Origin: Reclinomonas americana ATCC 50394
Taxonomy: Eukaryota
DNA: 64,000 nt
Direction: 5' to 3'
NCBI GenBank assembly: GCA_048213135.1
Contig: PS015187.1
Location: 1 to 64,000, forward strand
A model generated the notes under the pieces. That model made no database searches. It was not told where the DNA came from and saw nothing but the letters and a program-made list of their open reading frames with translations. Position 1 is the stretch's first letter; every line of letters begins with the position of its first letter. A program made the translations under genes and the position numbers. Positions 1 to 12,600 of this stretch are shown in pieces.

Positions 1-495
1 CCTCTGCTTCTCATCATCACAAGTCGATGAGTGATTACACGACGACGCATGTTGTGAGTGTGATTGATGATGATGATGATGATGATGATGATGAGCCGGA
101 GTCAATGTCAAGGAATGGGCTGGCGTCGCCGGTGGAGGTGAGTGCTATGAAAAGGGGAGGAAAAGGGGAGGAAAAGTGGAGAGGGTCGGATCTTGTGTGT
201 GCGTCGCGGATTCTCTCTCAACTGTGTCTTTGTTGCTTTCTTTCTTTCTCTGGCTCTCTCTCTCTCACTCACTCTTTCTCACTCACTCATTCTCAGCGCA
301 CACTCATTCTCAGCGCACACTCATTCTGTTTCTCACTCACTCTTTCTCTCACACTCTTACGTTCACACTCACACTCACACTCACACTCGCACACACACAC
401 ACACACACACTCTCTCTCTCTCTCTCACACCTCACTCAATCACTCTTTCCTCACTCTTTCCTCTCTCTCTCTCATTTCAGACACACACTCACTTG

Positions 496-537
<42 letters not shown>

Positions 538-1010
538 TACACATACACACTCTCCTTTGTGTGTGAGAGAGAATGCAGATTCGAGTCCTTGAGAGAAAGA
601 GAGTGACTCCTCTCACACACACACTCTCACTCTCACTCACTCTCACACACTCTCACACACGCACTCTCTCACTGTTGTGTTGCATGAGTGGCCTCGTGTG
701 GTGCATCACTGCATTTGGCGACCAGAGGCGCACTCGGACACAATCAATGTTCTCTCTCTCACTCACTTGCCACTCTCCTCTCTGTGTGTCTTCTCAGTTT
801 CTCTCATGTGTGCGCGTGTTCTCTCTCTTTTGTGTGGTTTTGTTCACCTTCAGTCATTGCATCTTGTCTGATTTCTATTGTTGCACACTTGCTCTCTGTG
901 TTGAGTTTCTCCCTGTGAGCCTCGTGAGTGGAGTCTCACTGCGTCTCTCTTGCTCATCCCGCCTGTCACACGCTCATTATCTTTATCTTTTCTTCTCTCT
1001 CTCTCTCTAT

Positions 1011-1055
<45 letters not shown>

Positions 1056-1681
1056 CTATTGTTCTCGGTGTCTCTCACTCAGGGTCACACACTCTCCTGC
1101 TCATCACTCATACACACTCCCTCTCTCTCTCTCTCTNNNNNNNNNNNNNNNNNNNNNNNNNNNNNNNNNNNNNNNNNNNNNNNNNNNNNNNNNNNNNNNN
1201 NNNNNNNNNNNNNNNNNNNNNNNNNNNNNNNNNNNNNNNNNNNNNNNNNNNNNNNNNNNNNNNNNNNNNNNNNNNNNNNNNNNNNNNNNNNNNNNNNNNN
1301 NNNNNNNNNNNNNNNNNNNNNNNNNNNNNNNNNNNNNNNNNNNNNNNNNNNNNNNNNNNNNNNNNNNNNNNNNNNNNNNNNNNNNNNNNNNNNNNNNNNN
1401 NNNNNNNNNNNNNNNNNNNNNNNNNNNNNNNNNNNNNNNNNNNNNNNNNNNNNNNNNNNNNNNNNNNNNNNNNNNNNNNNNNNNNNNNNNNNNNNNNNNN
1501 NNNNNNNNNNNNNNNNNNNNNNNNNNNNNNNNNNNNNNNNNNNNNNNNNNNNNNNNNNNNNNNNNNNNNNNNNNNNNNNNNNNNNNNNNNNNNNNNNNNN
1601 NNNNNNNNNNNNNNNNNNNNNNNNNNNNNNNNNNNNNNNNNNNNNNNNNNNNNNNNNNNNNNNNNNNNNNNNNNNNNNNNN

Positions 1682-1722
<41 letters not shown>

Positions 1723-1797
1723 TCGTCTTTTCTTCGTCGTCGTCTCTCTCTCGTCGACACACTACTCTCTCTCTCTCTACTCTACTACTACTACTAC

Positions 1798-1842
<45 letters not shown>

Positions 1843-4326
1843 GTGTCTATTGTTCTTTGTGTCTCTCACTCAGGGTCGCACACTCTCCTCTCTCAGACAC
1901 TCCTGACATCTTCTGTCACTCTTTCCTTCTCTTTCTCCTCACCTTCCCTCTCCTTCCCTTTCCCCCTCTCCTTCCCTTTCCTCCCTCTCCTCACCTTCCC
2001 TCTCCTTCCCCTAACCCCTCTTCCATCCCTTTCCCCCTCTCCTTCCCATCCCTTCCCCTCAACACCCCCTTCCCCCCCTGCAGCGCCGCCCCGGTTCCGC
2101 CGCCTCCATCCGACTCTCCCCCACCCCACCCGCCTCCCCCGCCTCCCCCGCCTCCCCCGCCTCCTCCGCCACCAGCAGCCTGCGACGCTCCTCACTGCGC
2201 CGCTCCGGCGAGCTGATGCTGCCGACGCTGCCGGGGTGCGCGTCGACCGAGGCCGAGGAGATTGCGAGGTTGCAGGCCGCGTTCCGCGCGGAAAACGAAT
2301 TGCAATTGTCACTGGCGCGCCTCGGCAGCGTGCAGGATGATGTATTGCGCAGGCGGTCGCGGCCATGGTGGCAGCGACAGCGGCCGCAATCGTCGACGCC
2401 GGTCAGCAGCAGAAGTTCGTCGTCGTCGGGAGCCTCGTCGCAGCATCAGCACCATCAGCAGCGGCAGCTGCGTCAGCGGAGTGCGCAGCCTGCGCGCGGA
2501 GGCCACGAGAGACGGGAGAGTTTGCTCATGGAGTCGCCGAGTGGCGCGGCGCACGGCGAGTCGATGGTGGTCGTCGAGGCGTTGGAGGATGATTTGTTGT
2601 TTGAGTTGGAAAATAGTCAGGTGCGAAGGGGAAGAGAAGGGGGAAGGGAAAGGGATAAAGGGGGAGGGAGAAAGGGACAAGGGTGGTGCCTCATTCGTGT
2701 TCGCTTCTTTTCTTTTTGTTCCTCAACGCTCACCTTCTCTCTCTCTTGTTATCGCTTGCCCTTGTTCCCCAGATTCTCGTTTCGCTCCTGCTACGTTTTC
2801 TCTTCCGTCTTCCGCTCCGTCTTTCATTCATCTCTCATTTTCTTTTGGCTGTTTTCTCCTTTGCTCTCTTTTATCTTCTCTTCGGTCTGCATTGACTTTT
2901 TTTATTCTCTCCCTCTCTCTCCCTCCCTCCTCTCTCTCTCCCTGCCCCTCTTTACACTCCCTCTCTTTCGTCACCGAACTCACTTCCCCTTGCCTCACAG
3001 ATGGGCTTTGGCACACGGAGATCAAGCGGTCCCACCATACTCGTCACTGGCTGCGAAACCATGTCCGCTCGTCACAGTGTGACATCAGGCACGCTCACGT
3101 TTGACAGCAGTGCTGGTTCGTGCCTTAGTCGATGGCAATGCTGTGTTTGATGTCGCCCTGACACTCTGTACAGCCTCGACAGAACTGGACGGCGCTCGCT
3201 CGGTGCGATCTCGATTCGGCAGCGTATGTTCAGGCTCATCACCATGCTTCTTCACAACGGCATGCGACGGCATTGAGTTGACAGACGATAGTCGCACGGC
3301 GCATGGTGAGTTCGGCGATCGTATTGACAGGGTTTCATTCTGATCTTCGCTTTTGTCTCGCTTTCTCTCGCGCCTCATGTTCTTCTGGCTCTCACTCTCA
3401 CGCGCTTCGTGCCCCCCTCTCTCTTGCACGCTGAGTGTTCCTCTCGCTCTTGCGCGCTTCGTGTTCCTCTCGCTCTTGCACGCTTCGTGTACCCCTTTCT
3501 CTTCCGCGCTTCTTGTTCCCCTTGCTCTTCTGCGCTTCGTGTTCCACTCGCTCTTGCGCGCTTCGTGTCCTCGCTCTCTCTCGCGCTCCTTGTTCCTCTC
3601 GCTCTATCTCGCGCTTCGTGTTCCCCTCGCTCTCTTGCACGCTTCGTGTTCCCCTCGCTCTTGCACGCTTCGTGTCCCCCTCGCTCCTGCGCGCTTCGTG
3701 TTCCCCTCGCTCTCTTGCGCGCTTCGTGTTCCCCTCTCGCTCTTGCGCGCTTCGTGTTCCCCTCGCTCTTGCACGCTTCATGTTCCTCTCACTATCTCTT
3801 CGCGTTCCTCTCGCTCTTGTGCGCTTCGTGTACCTCTCCTCCTTCCCCCTCCCTCTCCCCCTTTCCCCCCTTTCCCCCCCTTTCCCCTTTCCCCCATCCC
3901 CCCCCTTCCCCCTCTCACCCCCTTTGCCCTCGTGCAGGCCTCGACCACAACCCCGGCGGCCTGGCGGTGACCAACACATGCATGTCGAGCGGGCGCCACT
4001 ATTTCGAACTCAACATTGACCGCTTCGATGCCAACTTTGTAATGAGCATCGGCCTGGTCGACTCCAACATTGGCAACCTCTCCAACACCCCAATCGCCAA
4101 GCAACAACGCTTCGCCTTCAACGACCACAATCTCGCCAGCCGGCGTGTGGGCCTGCTGGTCGACTTTAACGCCAATCGGTTGGTGAGCTACGTCGACGGG
4201 TGTCCGACGGGCGCCGTGGTGGAGCCGGCCGGTCTCGAGTCATGTCGCGGCTGGTCGTTCGCCGTGTACCTCTACCGCAGCTACCACTCGGTAACCATCG
4301 AAAAGTATGGCCACGAATCTGTCTAA
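1..4326 (+). CDS. SPRY/B30.2 domain protein (5'-partial, multi-exon)
   Basis: Exons at about <1-137 (donor GTGAGT), 2084-2620, 3001-~3070, ~3108-3305 and 3938-4326. The last exon reads GLAVTNTCMSSGRHYFELNIDRF...MSIGLV...RVGLLVDFNANRLVSYVDG...WSFAVYL, the SPRY pattern (G.hYFE, hGh, VGhhhD). Confidence 0.75.
3390..3830. repeat. Intronic minisatellite, ~27-30 bp unit (CTCGCTCTTGCGCGCTTCGTGTTCCC-like)
   Basis: Visible tandem repetition inside the last intron of the SPRY gene. Confidence 0.9.
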
Positions 4327-4634
4327 TCTCGCCGTCGTCGTCGCCCTGTAGTAGTTCGTCATGGTGCAATGCTCGACGACACCATTGTGCTGTACTCTTT
4401 GTGTAATCGTTTTCACTAATCACCTAATCCGTCTTGCCCACTCTTGTAATTTTCTTGTCTTCTATGCGTCGTTTTCCACCCTCCTCTTCCTCTTCTTGTA
4501 TTCGGCCAGCTCCAGAGCTGGTCGCGAGGTGCATTGCGTGCATTGCGCCGCTCTTCATCCTCGCATTGTTTGTTTCTTTTTTTCTCCATAATGATAAGAA
4601 TGCAGTGTGCTCGTCATTGTGGGAGATGTTGTCA

Positions 4635-7600
4635 TTACGCGGGTGGTGCGTCGAGGAGCGCCTCGAGAATGGCCGTCATGTCGGCCTCCCGGGGGGTGCC
4701 CTCGTACAGCTCGGTGAGGGAGCGTCGCAGCTGGCCAAACTGATGCGTGCTAGAGGGAAGGGAGTCAAGGGAGCGCGATCGACAAGAGGGTACGGGGCAA
4801 GGAGAGTGTGTGTCAAAGGATATTCTCTCTGCAGCGTGGACTGCAGTCGTGGATGCTGGGCGATCATGTTGCGCATGAGTCGTAGGAGGGCAAAGATGGC
4901 GTGTCGACAGTCGTTGACGTTGGTGAGCTGTGTGGGGAGGGTGTGAGCCGAATAGGGGAAGAGTCAAGGAACGGCCGAATCCCCTCTACCGTTTGCTGCA
5001 CGCCTAATTCTTCTTTCTTCCAACGCTCTCCCTCAAGAGCTGCCACAGCTGGCGATTCTATCAGTCCCAACACTTCCTTCTTTGTTATTTCTGCTTCACC
5101 ACTTTCTCTGCTCCCCAGCAACGCTAATTTCATGACGAACAGTTCTCCACTGTCTTTCGTGAGTGTGCTTCTCTCACTCTCCCTTCGTTCCCATCGTCGA
5201 CCATTTGCTCCAGGTCACTTGTCTCATTCTTTCTTCACTTCCTCTTACCCTCTCTGTACTTCACACTTCATTCTGACTCCTCTGCAAGCCTCTCATCTTT
5301 AGCCATCGATGACGGTGCACAGTGCCAAGAGTTGGAGACAAGGAATTACTGCGAGCGAATACGGAGGAAAGTGCGGAAGAGAAGGAAAACGACCTCACTG
5401 TGCCCACCTCTCCACTCAATCTCCTTTGTCATTGTACTCACATCTCGTACCTCCTTCCTCCTCCCTTCCCCTACTTCCCCCTTCCCCTTTCATCACCCAC
5501 CTCTGGCCTCCTGTGCATCTCATGCAGCACAGCCTCCACCGCCCGCACCACCGTTGCCGTCACATCACCGGCCTGCAGTAATCTCTTGGAAAACGTCTGT
5601 ATCATCACGATGAGCGCCACTCTCATTACCAACACCTCTTGTTTGTCAAGCTCACCAAATCACTCTCGGTAATGGCGCACAACAAGGCCGCCGACAGCGC
5701 CACCACTCCCGGCTCGCTGTCCGTCAATCGTGACAACACTGTCGAAACCCAGCTGTCGCGGTGACTGAGCCACTGCTCGGCGGCGCGACTGTGGCTCACA
5801 AACCGCGAGAACACGCGCAGCGAGAAGAATCTGGTGGTGGGGAGGAAATAAGCTATCGAGAGAGAGAGAGAGGTGTAGAAGGGCGTCCTACGCACCGCAG
5901 CGACGGATCCGTGGAGACGGCCAGCGCACGCAGTCTTTCGTACAGCTCGCCTCGTCGAACGTGGGAGTGCACAATCTCCACCACAGCCGCCCCGTGCAGA
6001 CTGACGGCGTAAAGCCACTGCAAGGAAAATGATAAACGAAGAGATGGGCATTGCCTAACACGTATACGTTGACCAACCTGCAAACCCAGCAGTTGCAGGT
6101 CACCATGCGTCGCACCAAGAGCAGCCGTCATGGCTGTTACGAGGTCGACGCGCGGTGACTTGAGGCACAGCGTGACCAGGGCCTTCGACCCGTGCAGCAA
6201 GGCCGTGAACAGAGCGCCCACTGCATGCATCAGTCAGCAAGTGTTGGGGAGAAAATAGAGGCAACAAGGCTCAACTCTCAAACATCTCCTCTGGTGGCAC
6301 ACTGCCGTACGCCACCTCCAGCGCTTCCGCGATGATGCGGTTGAGGGATCCTGACTCCTGAGTGATTCGTCGCACACTCGCCTTATGATGTTGACAGAGA
6401 ACACACAGAGATCTGGCGCCGAGAAGGAGGTGAGAAGGGAGTGGACGATTGCAGGAACATAGAAGTGACAAACCTCACAGCTGCCCATTTCACGTGTTCG
6501 TCCGTCGCCGTGACACAGCGGCACAGTTTCTGTGCCAAGGTCAGCTCTTCTCTCGCAAGAAACGGCAGCGTCAATACGACAGGAACCTGCACGATGCCCG
6601 GCTGAGACAGAACAGCGAGATTTGCTGGTTTGGAGGCGGACACCACACTGCCGAATGAAGTCGCCGCCAGCTCCACCTGCGCCAGCACACAACATGAGGG
6701 AATGCCACACCAAATGCATACACGAGATGGCGCACCAACGAAGAGGCACCACAGTCAAGCAATCGGTCGAGTGCACGCACGAAGGCTTCGAATCTCGCCA
6801 GCACGTGCAGTTGAGTGCGACCCGACTCCACTTTCTGTTTACACCATCGTCATCAGCACACTAGTCATCAGGACACGCAAGCGTTAGTACCACCAACCAC
6901 AACAGCTTTCCTCTCCTGCGGCGGGCCACCACTCGATGACGATGGGGAGGTGAGAGTAGCTGTGCGGACGAATCATCAGGCACCAGCAACACAACACGAG
7001 TGCGACGATGGAGAACGCACCAATGTCAAGCGTCTGCATGGCCTCGGCAATCATCTCATCCATGCTCGGATCCTCCACCACCGCCTCTTGCTCCGCTGAA
7101 CCACCCTCAAGCTCGCCGACGAGACTGGCTTCGGGCAGCACGAAGCGCGCCAGCAGATGCTCGTACACCGAGGACACCGTGGCGAATGCGAGCCACGCCA
7201 GCTCCACATTGCGCTCCAGCTGCGGATCCAGCTGCGCCGACGATTGCTGGCGCTCTCGCTCCTCGTCACTCATCGGGCCGCGCACAGTGGCGTCGCGAGG
7301 GAGGGAACCGAGGGCGCTGAACACGTCGTCCGGCATGTTCTGAGAGATGATGCGAAAGAGTACGTCGATTGGCACGTGCTGGGGGTGGGGGGGTGGGGGG
7401 GGGGGGGGAAGGGAGAAGGTTGAGGGACCTGGTTCACGAGGGCTGTAGACGATAATTGATACCTTGAGTGTGGTCTCACTCGACTCAAAGCCCAGCACCA
7501 GTTGACCGACGAGCAAGAGACGCAGACTGCACAGCGTGCAATTAGTAACCATCGCGAGAGCGATCGAGAATCCTGCACCAAAACAGACGCAACCACACTT

Positions 7601-9100
7601 GCTGCTCGTCCCACGACACACCCACATCGCGCGACAGCACCTCGGATGCATGCACCAGCACCAGCTCACCCAGAAACGCTTCACGGACAATGGCCGTCGG
7701 CGCACTCTCCAGCATCTGGCAACGAGAACGAGGAGCGATGTCAGCTGATGATTATAGCAACGGCAACCACTGTCACTCTTGCACCTCGGCTAACTGCGTC
7801 GCGTGCACGATATCCATGGTTTGCACGTGGTCAGCAGAGTCAGCATCCGGAAATGCATCGGCAACAAGACGAGCGAGTTGCGGGCCAGAGACTGGTGGGA
7901 TGCTGCCTCTGTAAACACAGAATGAGAGACTTCTCAAGGTGTTGGTTGCTCTGCCGGTGGACGCTCTGTCTTTCGCTGGACGCTCTGTCTTTCGCTGGAC
8001 GCTCTGTCTTTCGCTGGACGCTCTGTCTTTCGCTGGACGCTCTGTCTTTCGCTGGACGCTCTGTCTTTCGCTGGACGCTCTGTCTTTTGCTGGACGCTCT
8101 GTCTTTTGCTGGACGCTCTGTCTGTCGCTGGACGCTCTGTCTGTCGCTGGACGCTCTGTCGGTCGCTGGACGCTCTGTCGCTGGACGCTCTGTCGCTGGA
8201 CGCTCTGTCTGTCGCTGGACGCTCTGTCGGTCGCTGGACGCTCTGTCGCTGGACGCNNNNNNNNNNNNNNNNNNNNNNNNNNNNNNNNNNNNNNNNNNNN
8301 NNNNNNNNNNNNNNNNNNNNNNNNNNNNNNNNNNNNNNNNNNNNNNNNNNNNNNNNNNNNNNNNNNNNNNNNNNNNNNNNNNNNNNNNNNNNNNNNNNNN
8401 NNNNNNNNNNNNNNNNNNNNNNNNNNNNNNNNNNNNNNNNNNNNNNNNNNNNNNNNNNNNNNNNNNNNNNNNNNNNNNNNNNNNNNNNNNNNNNNNNNNN
8501 NNNNNNNNNNNNNNNNNNNNNNNNNNNNNNNNNNNNNNNNNNNNNNNNNNNNNNNNNNNNNNNNNNNNNNNNNNNNNNNNNNNNNNNNNNNNNNNNNNNN
8601 NNNNNNNNNNNNNNNNNNNNNNNNNNNNNNNNNNNNNNNNNNNNNNNNNNNNNNNNNNNNNNNNNNNNNNNNNNNNNNNNNNNNNNNNNNNNNNNNNNNN
8701 NNNNNNNNNNNNNNNNNNNNNNNNNNNNNNNNNNNNNNNNNNNNNNNNNNNNNNNNNNNNNNNNNNNNNNNNNNNNNNNNNNNNNNNNNNNNNNNNNNNN
8801 NNNNNNNNNNNNNNNNNNNNNNNNNNNNNNNNNNNNNNNNNNNNNNNNNNNNNNNNNNNNNNNNNNNNNNNNNNNNNNNNNNNNNNNNNNNNNNNNNNNN
8901 NNNCCCTCCTTCTCTCCCTCCTTCCCTCTCTCTCTCTTCTCCACTCTCCTTCCCTCTCCCCTTCCCCCTCCTATCCACTCACTTCCTCCTCGCCTCCTCC
9001 GCTCGACTCCCACTCGGCGACAAGTGCGTCGCAATCAGATACAACAGAAAGCCGGAAGCCGCAGTCGCCCCGCCCAACAAGCCCAGATCGATCAACTGTG
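4635..9100 (-). CDS. Multi-exon, probably alpha-helical (ARM/HEAT-like) protein of unknown function; start not located
   Basis: More than 10 GC-rich minus-strand exons with GT-AG boundaries, e.g. HVPIDVLFRIISQNMPDDVF..., VGALFTALLHGSKALVTLCL..., ending ...MTAILEALLDAPPA* at 4635. Leucine-rich amphipathic helices; no recognisable catalytic motif. Confidence 0.55.
7957..8256. repeat. 19-bp minisatellite (GCTGGACGCTCTGTCTTTC)n with 15-bp variants, running into an N-gap
   Basis: Direct head-to-tail repetition with no unique spacers. Confidence 0.95.
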
Positions 9101-9635
9101 ACAGTGAGAGTGAGTGTGTGTGAGAGAGGGAAGAGGGAGAGAGGGAGGCGCAACGCGATCGAGTGGCGATGCGCTCATTCGGATTGACAACGTCGAGACA
9201 CGACAACAAGAAGAACAGGACGCAGTGAGAAAGCCATAGTGTCGTCCTCCTCTCTTTCTTCTGTCTCAGTGGCGGTGACGAAGGGAACACGCTTGCAGCT
9301 CACAGTCTCATAGAGTCTTCATTTTGTGTCGACGTTGCCGATGTACTCGCTCGCAGGAAGCTCTCCTGACGCGGCTCGATATGCATTCATATGCTGCATT
9401 GCATGTCCACCTATAGCAGAGCGACAAAGAACCTTCTACATCGTGCATTCTCTCGATACCCTCGACGTCGACGTCGACCACTTGTCAATGAGCTTCGCTG
9501 AACAACGACCAGCATTGCACTACGACACTGCGATTGTATGATGTCTGACGCGCAAGAAGTCTCCGGCGTGATGTGTTCTGGCGTGGCGCGTTGCACTGTC
9601 GTCCAACAGGACGAACCCTCTTTTCCCCTCCGTCC

Positions 9636-12600
9636 ATGGCCGCATCAGACCCGCGCCTCTCCGCTATCCAACGCGAGGCCGAGCTCGCCGTCGACCGCGG
9701 CGACGACGCAACCAGCGAAAATCGCTTCGCCACGCTCGTCCGCGAGTGCGCGCGTGTGCTGGGTTCCGAACATCCGGACACACTCTTCTCCACCGTCAAG
9801 CACGCCGATGCGCTGCACGACCTGCGCGACTACTCGCGCATGTTGCACGTGCTGGAGAAGGTCATCCCGACACTCAACCGCGTGTGTGGCATGGATCACG
9901 AGTGGTCGATTGGCGCCGTGGCGCTGCTCAGTGAGGCGCTGATTGGTCTCGGACGTGTCGACGAGGGCGTCCGACATGCGCGCGATGCACTTGATTACGC
10001 GGTGGGGTACATTGTAGATGCCGATCATTGGGTGATTGGTTATGCGAGACAGGCGCTGGCCAGTGCCTTGTCGGCCTCGTCGGGAAATCGCAAGTTGATT
10101 GAGGAGGCGGTGGAGTTTGGGCGTGAGGCGCTGGAGTCTCGTCGGCGCAGTCACGGGGACGATCATCGAGCGACGCTCAATGTGGCGCACTTGTTTGGGT
10201 TGGTGTTGATGCGGTGGGGCAGTGTGGAGAGTGTGCGCGAGGCCGTGGAGTTGCTGGAGGGAACGGTGGAGCGGAGGAGGCGCGTGTTGGGTGCGGCGCA
10301 TGCGCATGCGCGGGAGACGGAGCAGTTGTTGGCCAATGCGCGGGGTCAGTTGGCGTCGTTGGCCATGGAGGAGTTGCAGCCACGGGAGGTGGTGATGGAG
10401 AGGGGGGAGCAAGGTGGGAAGGGAGGAAAGGGAGGAAAGGGAGGAAGGGAGGGAGAGAGGGAGAGATGGAGAGAGGGAAGGGAGTGGAAGGGAGTGGAAG
10501 GGAGTGGAAGGGAGTGGAAGGGAGGGGAAAGGAGGGAAGGGAGGGAGACAGGGGGAGGGAAGGAGAGGGAAGGGAGAGGAGGAGGAAGGAGAAGAAGAGG
10601 TGATGGACTGAAGGAGAGAGGGAGTGGCGAGGAAGGAGGGGGAAGGGGGACTGAGAGTGAAAGAGGGAGAGAGAAAGAGGGAGCGGAGGCAGCTTGGGTG
10701 GAGAGGAGATTAACAGAGACAAAAGGGGGGAGCAGAACGTGAATGAGACGGGCTGAGACTATTGGACGGAGAGGGAGGGAGAGGGAGAGAAAGGGAGCGA
10801 AGCAGCCTGACTGGAGAGGAGCTTAATAGAGACAGAGGGGGAGCAGAATGTGAATGATGACGGGCTGAGGGAGGGAGAGGGAGAGGGCGCACAGGCAGCT
10901 TGAGTGGAGATGAAAAACAGAGACTGTTGGCCAGGGCTGAGGGAGGATTGGATGAAGAGGGAGAGAGGAAAAGAGGAGAGGAAGGAAAGAGAGGAAGTCA
11001 GACAATGGAGAGAGAGGGAGACATAATGAGAAGGTGTTGTGCGAAAGAGGAGAGGAGCATAAGGAACACCCCCGTCCCCTCTCTCTCTGCTGTGTTGTTT
11101 TCTTCTCAAGTCTGCCTGTCTCCCTCACCTCCTCTCGCTTTTCTCATTCTCTGTACCTCATCACCTCCTTGCTTCTTCCTGCCTTCAATCCTCTTCATTC
11201 TTTTTTCCTGCCTCCCATTTTCATTCTCCCCCCTCTTTCCCCTTCCTGGCTCACCCCGTTTCTCACGCACCCAGCTGTCCGTCCCATTGCCAGCTCTCCG
11301 GTCAACGCCGTTTCTCCTCTGAACGCTGTCTCTCCAGTCCGCCCCATCTCGCCTGCCATTCCCAGCCCATCCGGATCCGCCAACACCCTGTCGCCCACAA
11401 GCGCTGTCTCTCCAGTCCATGCTGTCTCGCCCTCCGTGGCTGCCCTCCAAGCGCGCCCCATCTCGCCTATCAATGCGTTGCCTGTGCACTCCCGATCGCC
11501 CTCCGCCCCTTCTTCTTTTCAAGTGCGCCCCATCTCGCCTGCCAACTCCCTTTCGGCCTCCGACATGGCGCCTCTCGTGCGCCCCATCTCGCCGTCCCTG
11601 GCGCGCGAGATTGCCGCGGTTGATCGCGAAGCGGCACCACCGCTGGCACAGCCTCCGGTGCGTAATCGACCGCTTCCGCCACTGCCACCTGCTGTGCAGC
11701 CAGCGCCACCTGTGCAACCGGCGGCCAACGCAGAATCGGACGCATTGTTGCAGGTTCACTTCTCCTCTCCCGCGACGTCCTCCATTCACTCACTTGCGTA
11801 CACGTGCTGCAGGCGTACGCGCAAGATGCCGCAGAACAAGCGCGCCTCCGAGCTGCGACAGTCGCAGGTTACTTGCTGTACCCCCGCGCGTCTCTTTCGT
11901 CATTCTGCTCATTCGTGCCAGATCTGGAAGCGACTCGCCGCGAACTGGCAGCGGCCATGGACAGCCGCCGCAGGGTGAAGGAGCGGCTGCAGCAGCAGCT
12001 GGACGAGGCCATGTGCGAAGTACAGCGGTTGCAGGTCGCACTGGAGCACATGGACCGACATCGCGAGAGTGCCGTGGAGCGTGCCAAGACCGCCGAGCGC
12101 GATCTGGCGGCCCTGCTACAAAATGCCGCTGTGTATGGTTCTCTCTCTCTCTTCTATCGCTCACGCTCTCTCCTCATGAGCAGCTGACCATGCGCGCCAC
12201 GCAGAACCACCGATTGCATTCTCGTGGGAGCAGATGGTGTCCATGTCGGGCGGTTTTCGGGAGCCAGTCGGCGAGGGTGGGTCGGCCAGAGTATTCCTTG
12301 GCTTCTGGAACGGGCGGCGTGTCGTGGTGAAGCGATTCGACTCGACGGCCCCGTGGGCTGTGGCGTCGTACGACAGAGAGGTTTTGTTCGCCGAGGGTTG
12401 TACATGTTTCCCTGCGTTTTGTGTGCCCAGCTCATCAAATAGATAACAGGTGGAAATGTTCAAACGCCTCCTCCTTCCCGGTCTGCCTCGCATGTACGGC
12501 TACGCGCAATCCGATGCCGGAGAACGATGCATTGTGATGGAGGCCATGAGGTGTGCGGTCTTCTCCTATTTTTCCCTCAAAGGTCGAGCCCTCATTTTCT

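Noticed and set aside
190-2080. Long ORFs rich in SL/HT/ER repeats, here and across the other gaps
   Set aside because: These are translations of (CT)/(CA)/(GA) microsatellites and N runs inside introns.
7957-8256. CRISPR-like regular repeat
   Set aside because: Units are head-to-tail with no unique spacers, the context is a eukaryotic intron, and no cas genes are present.
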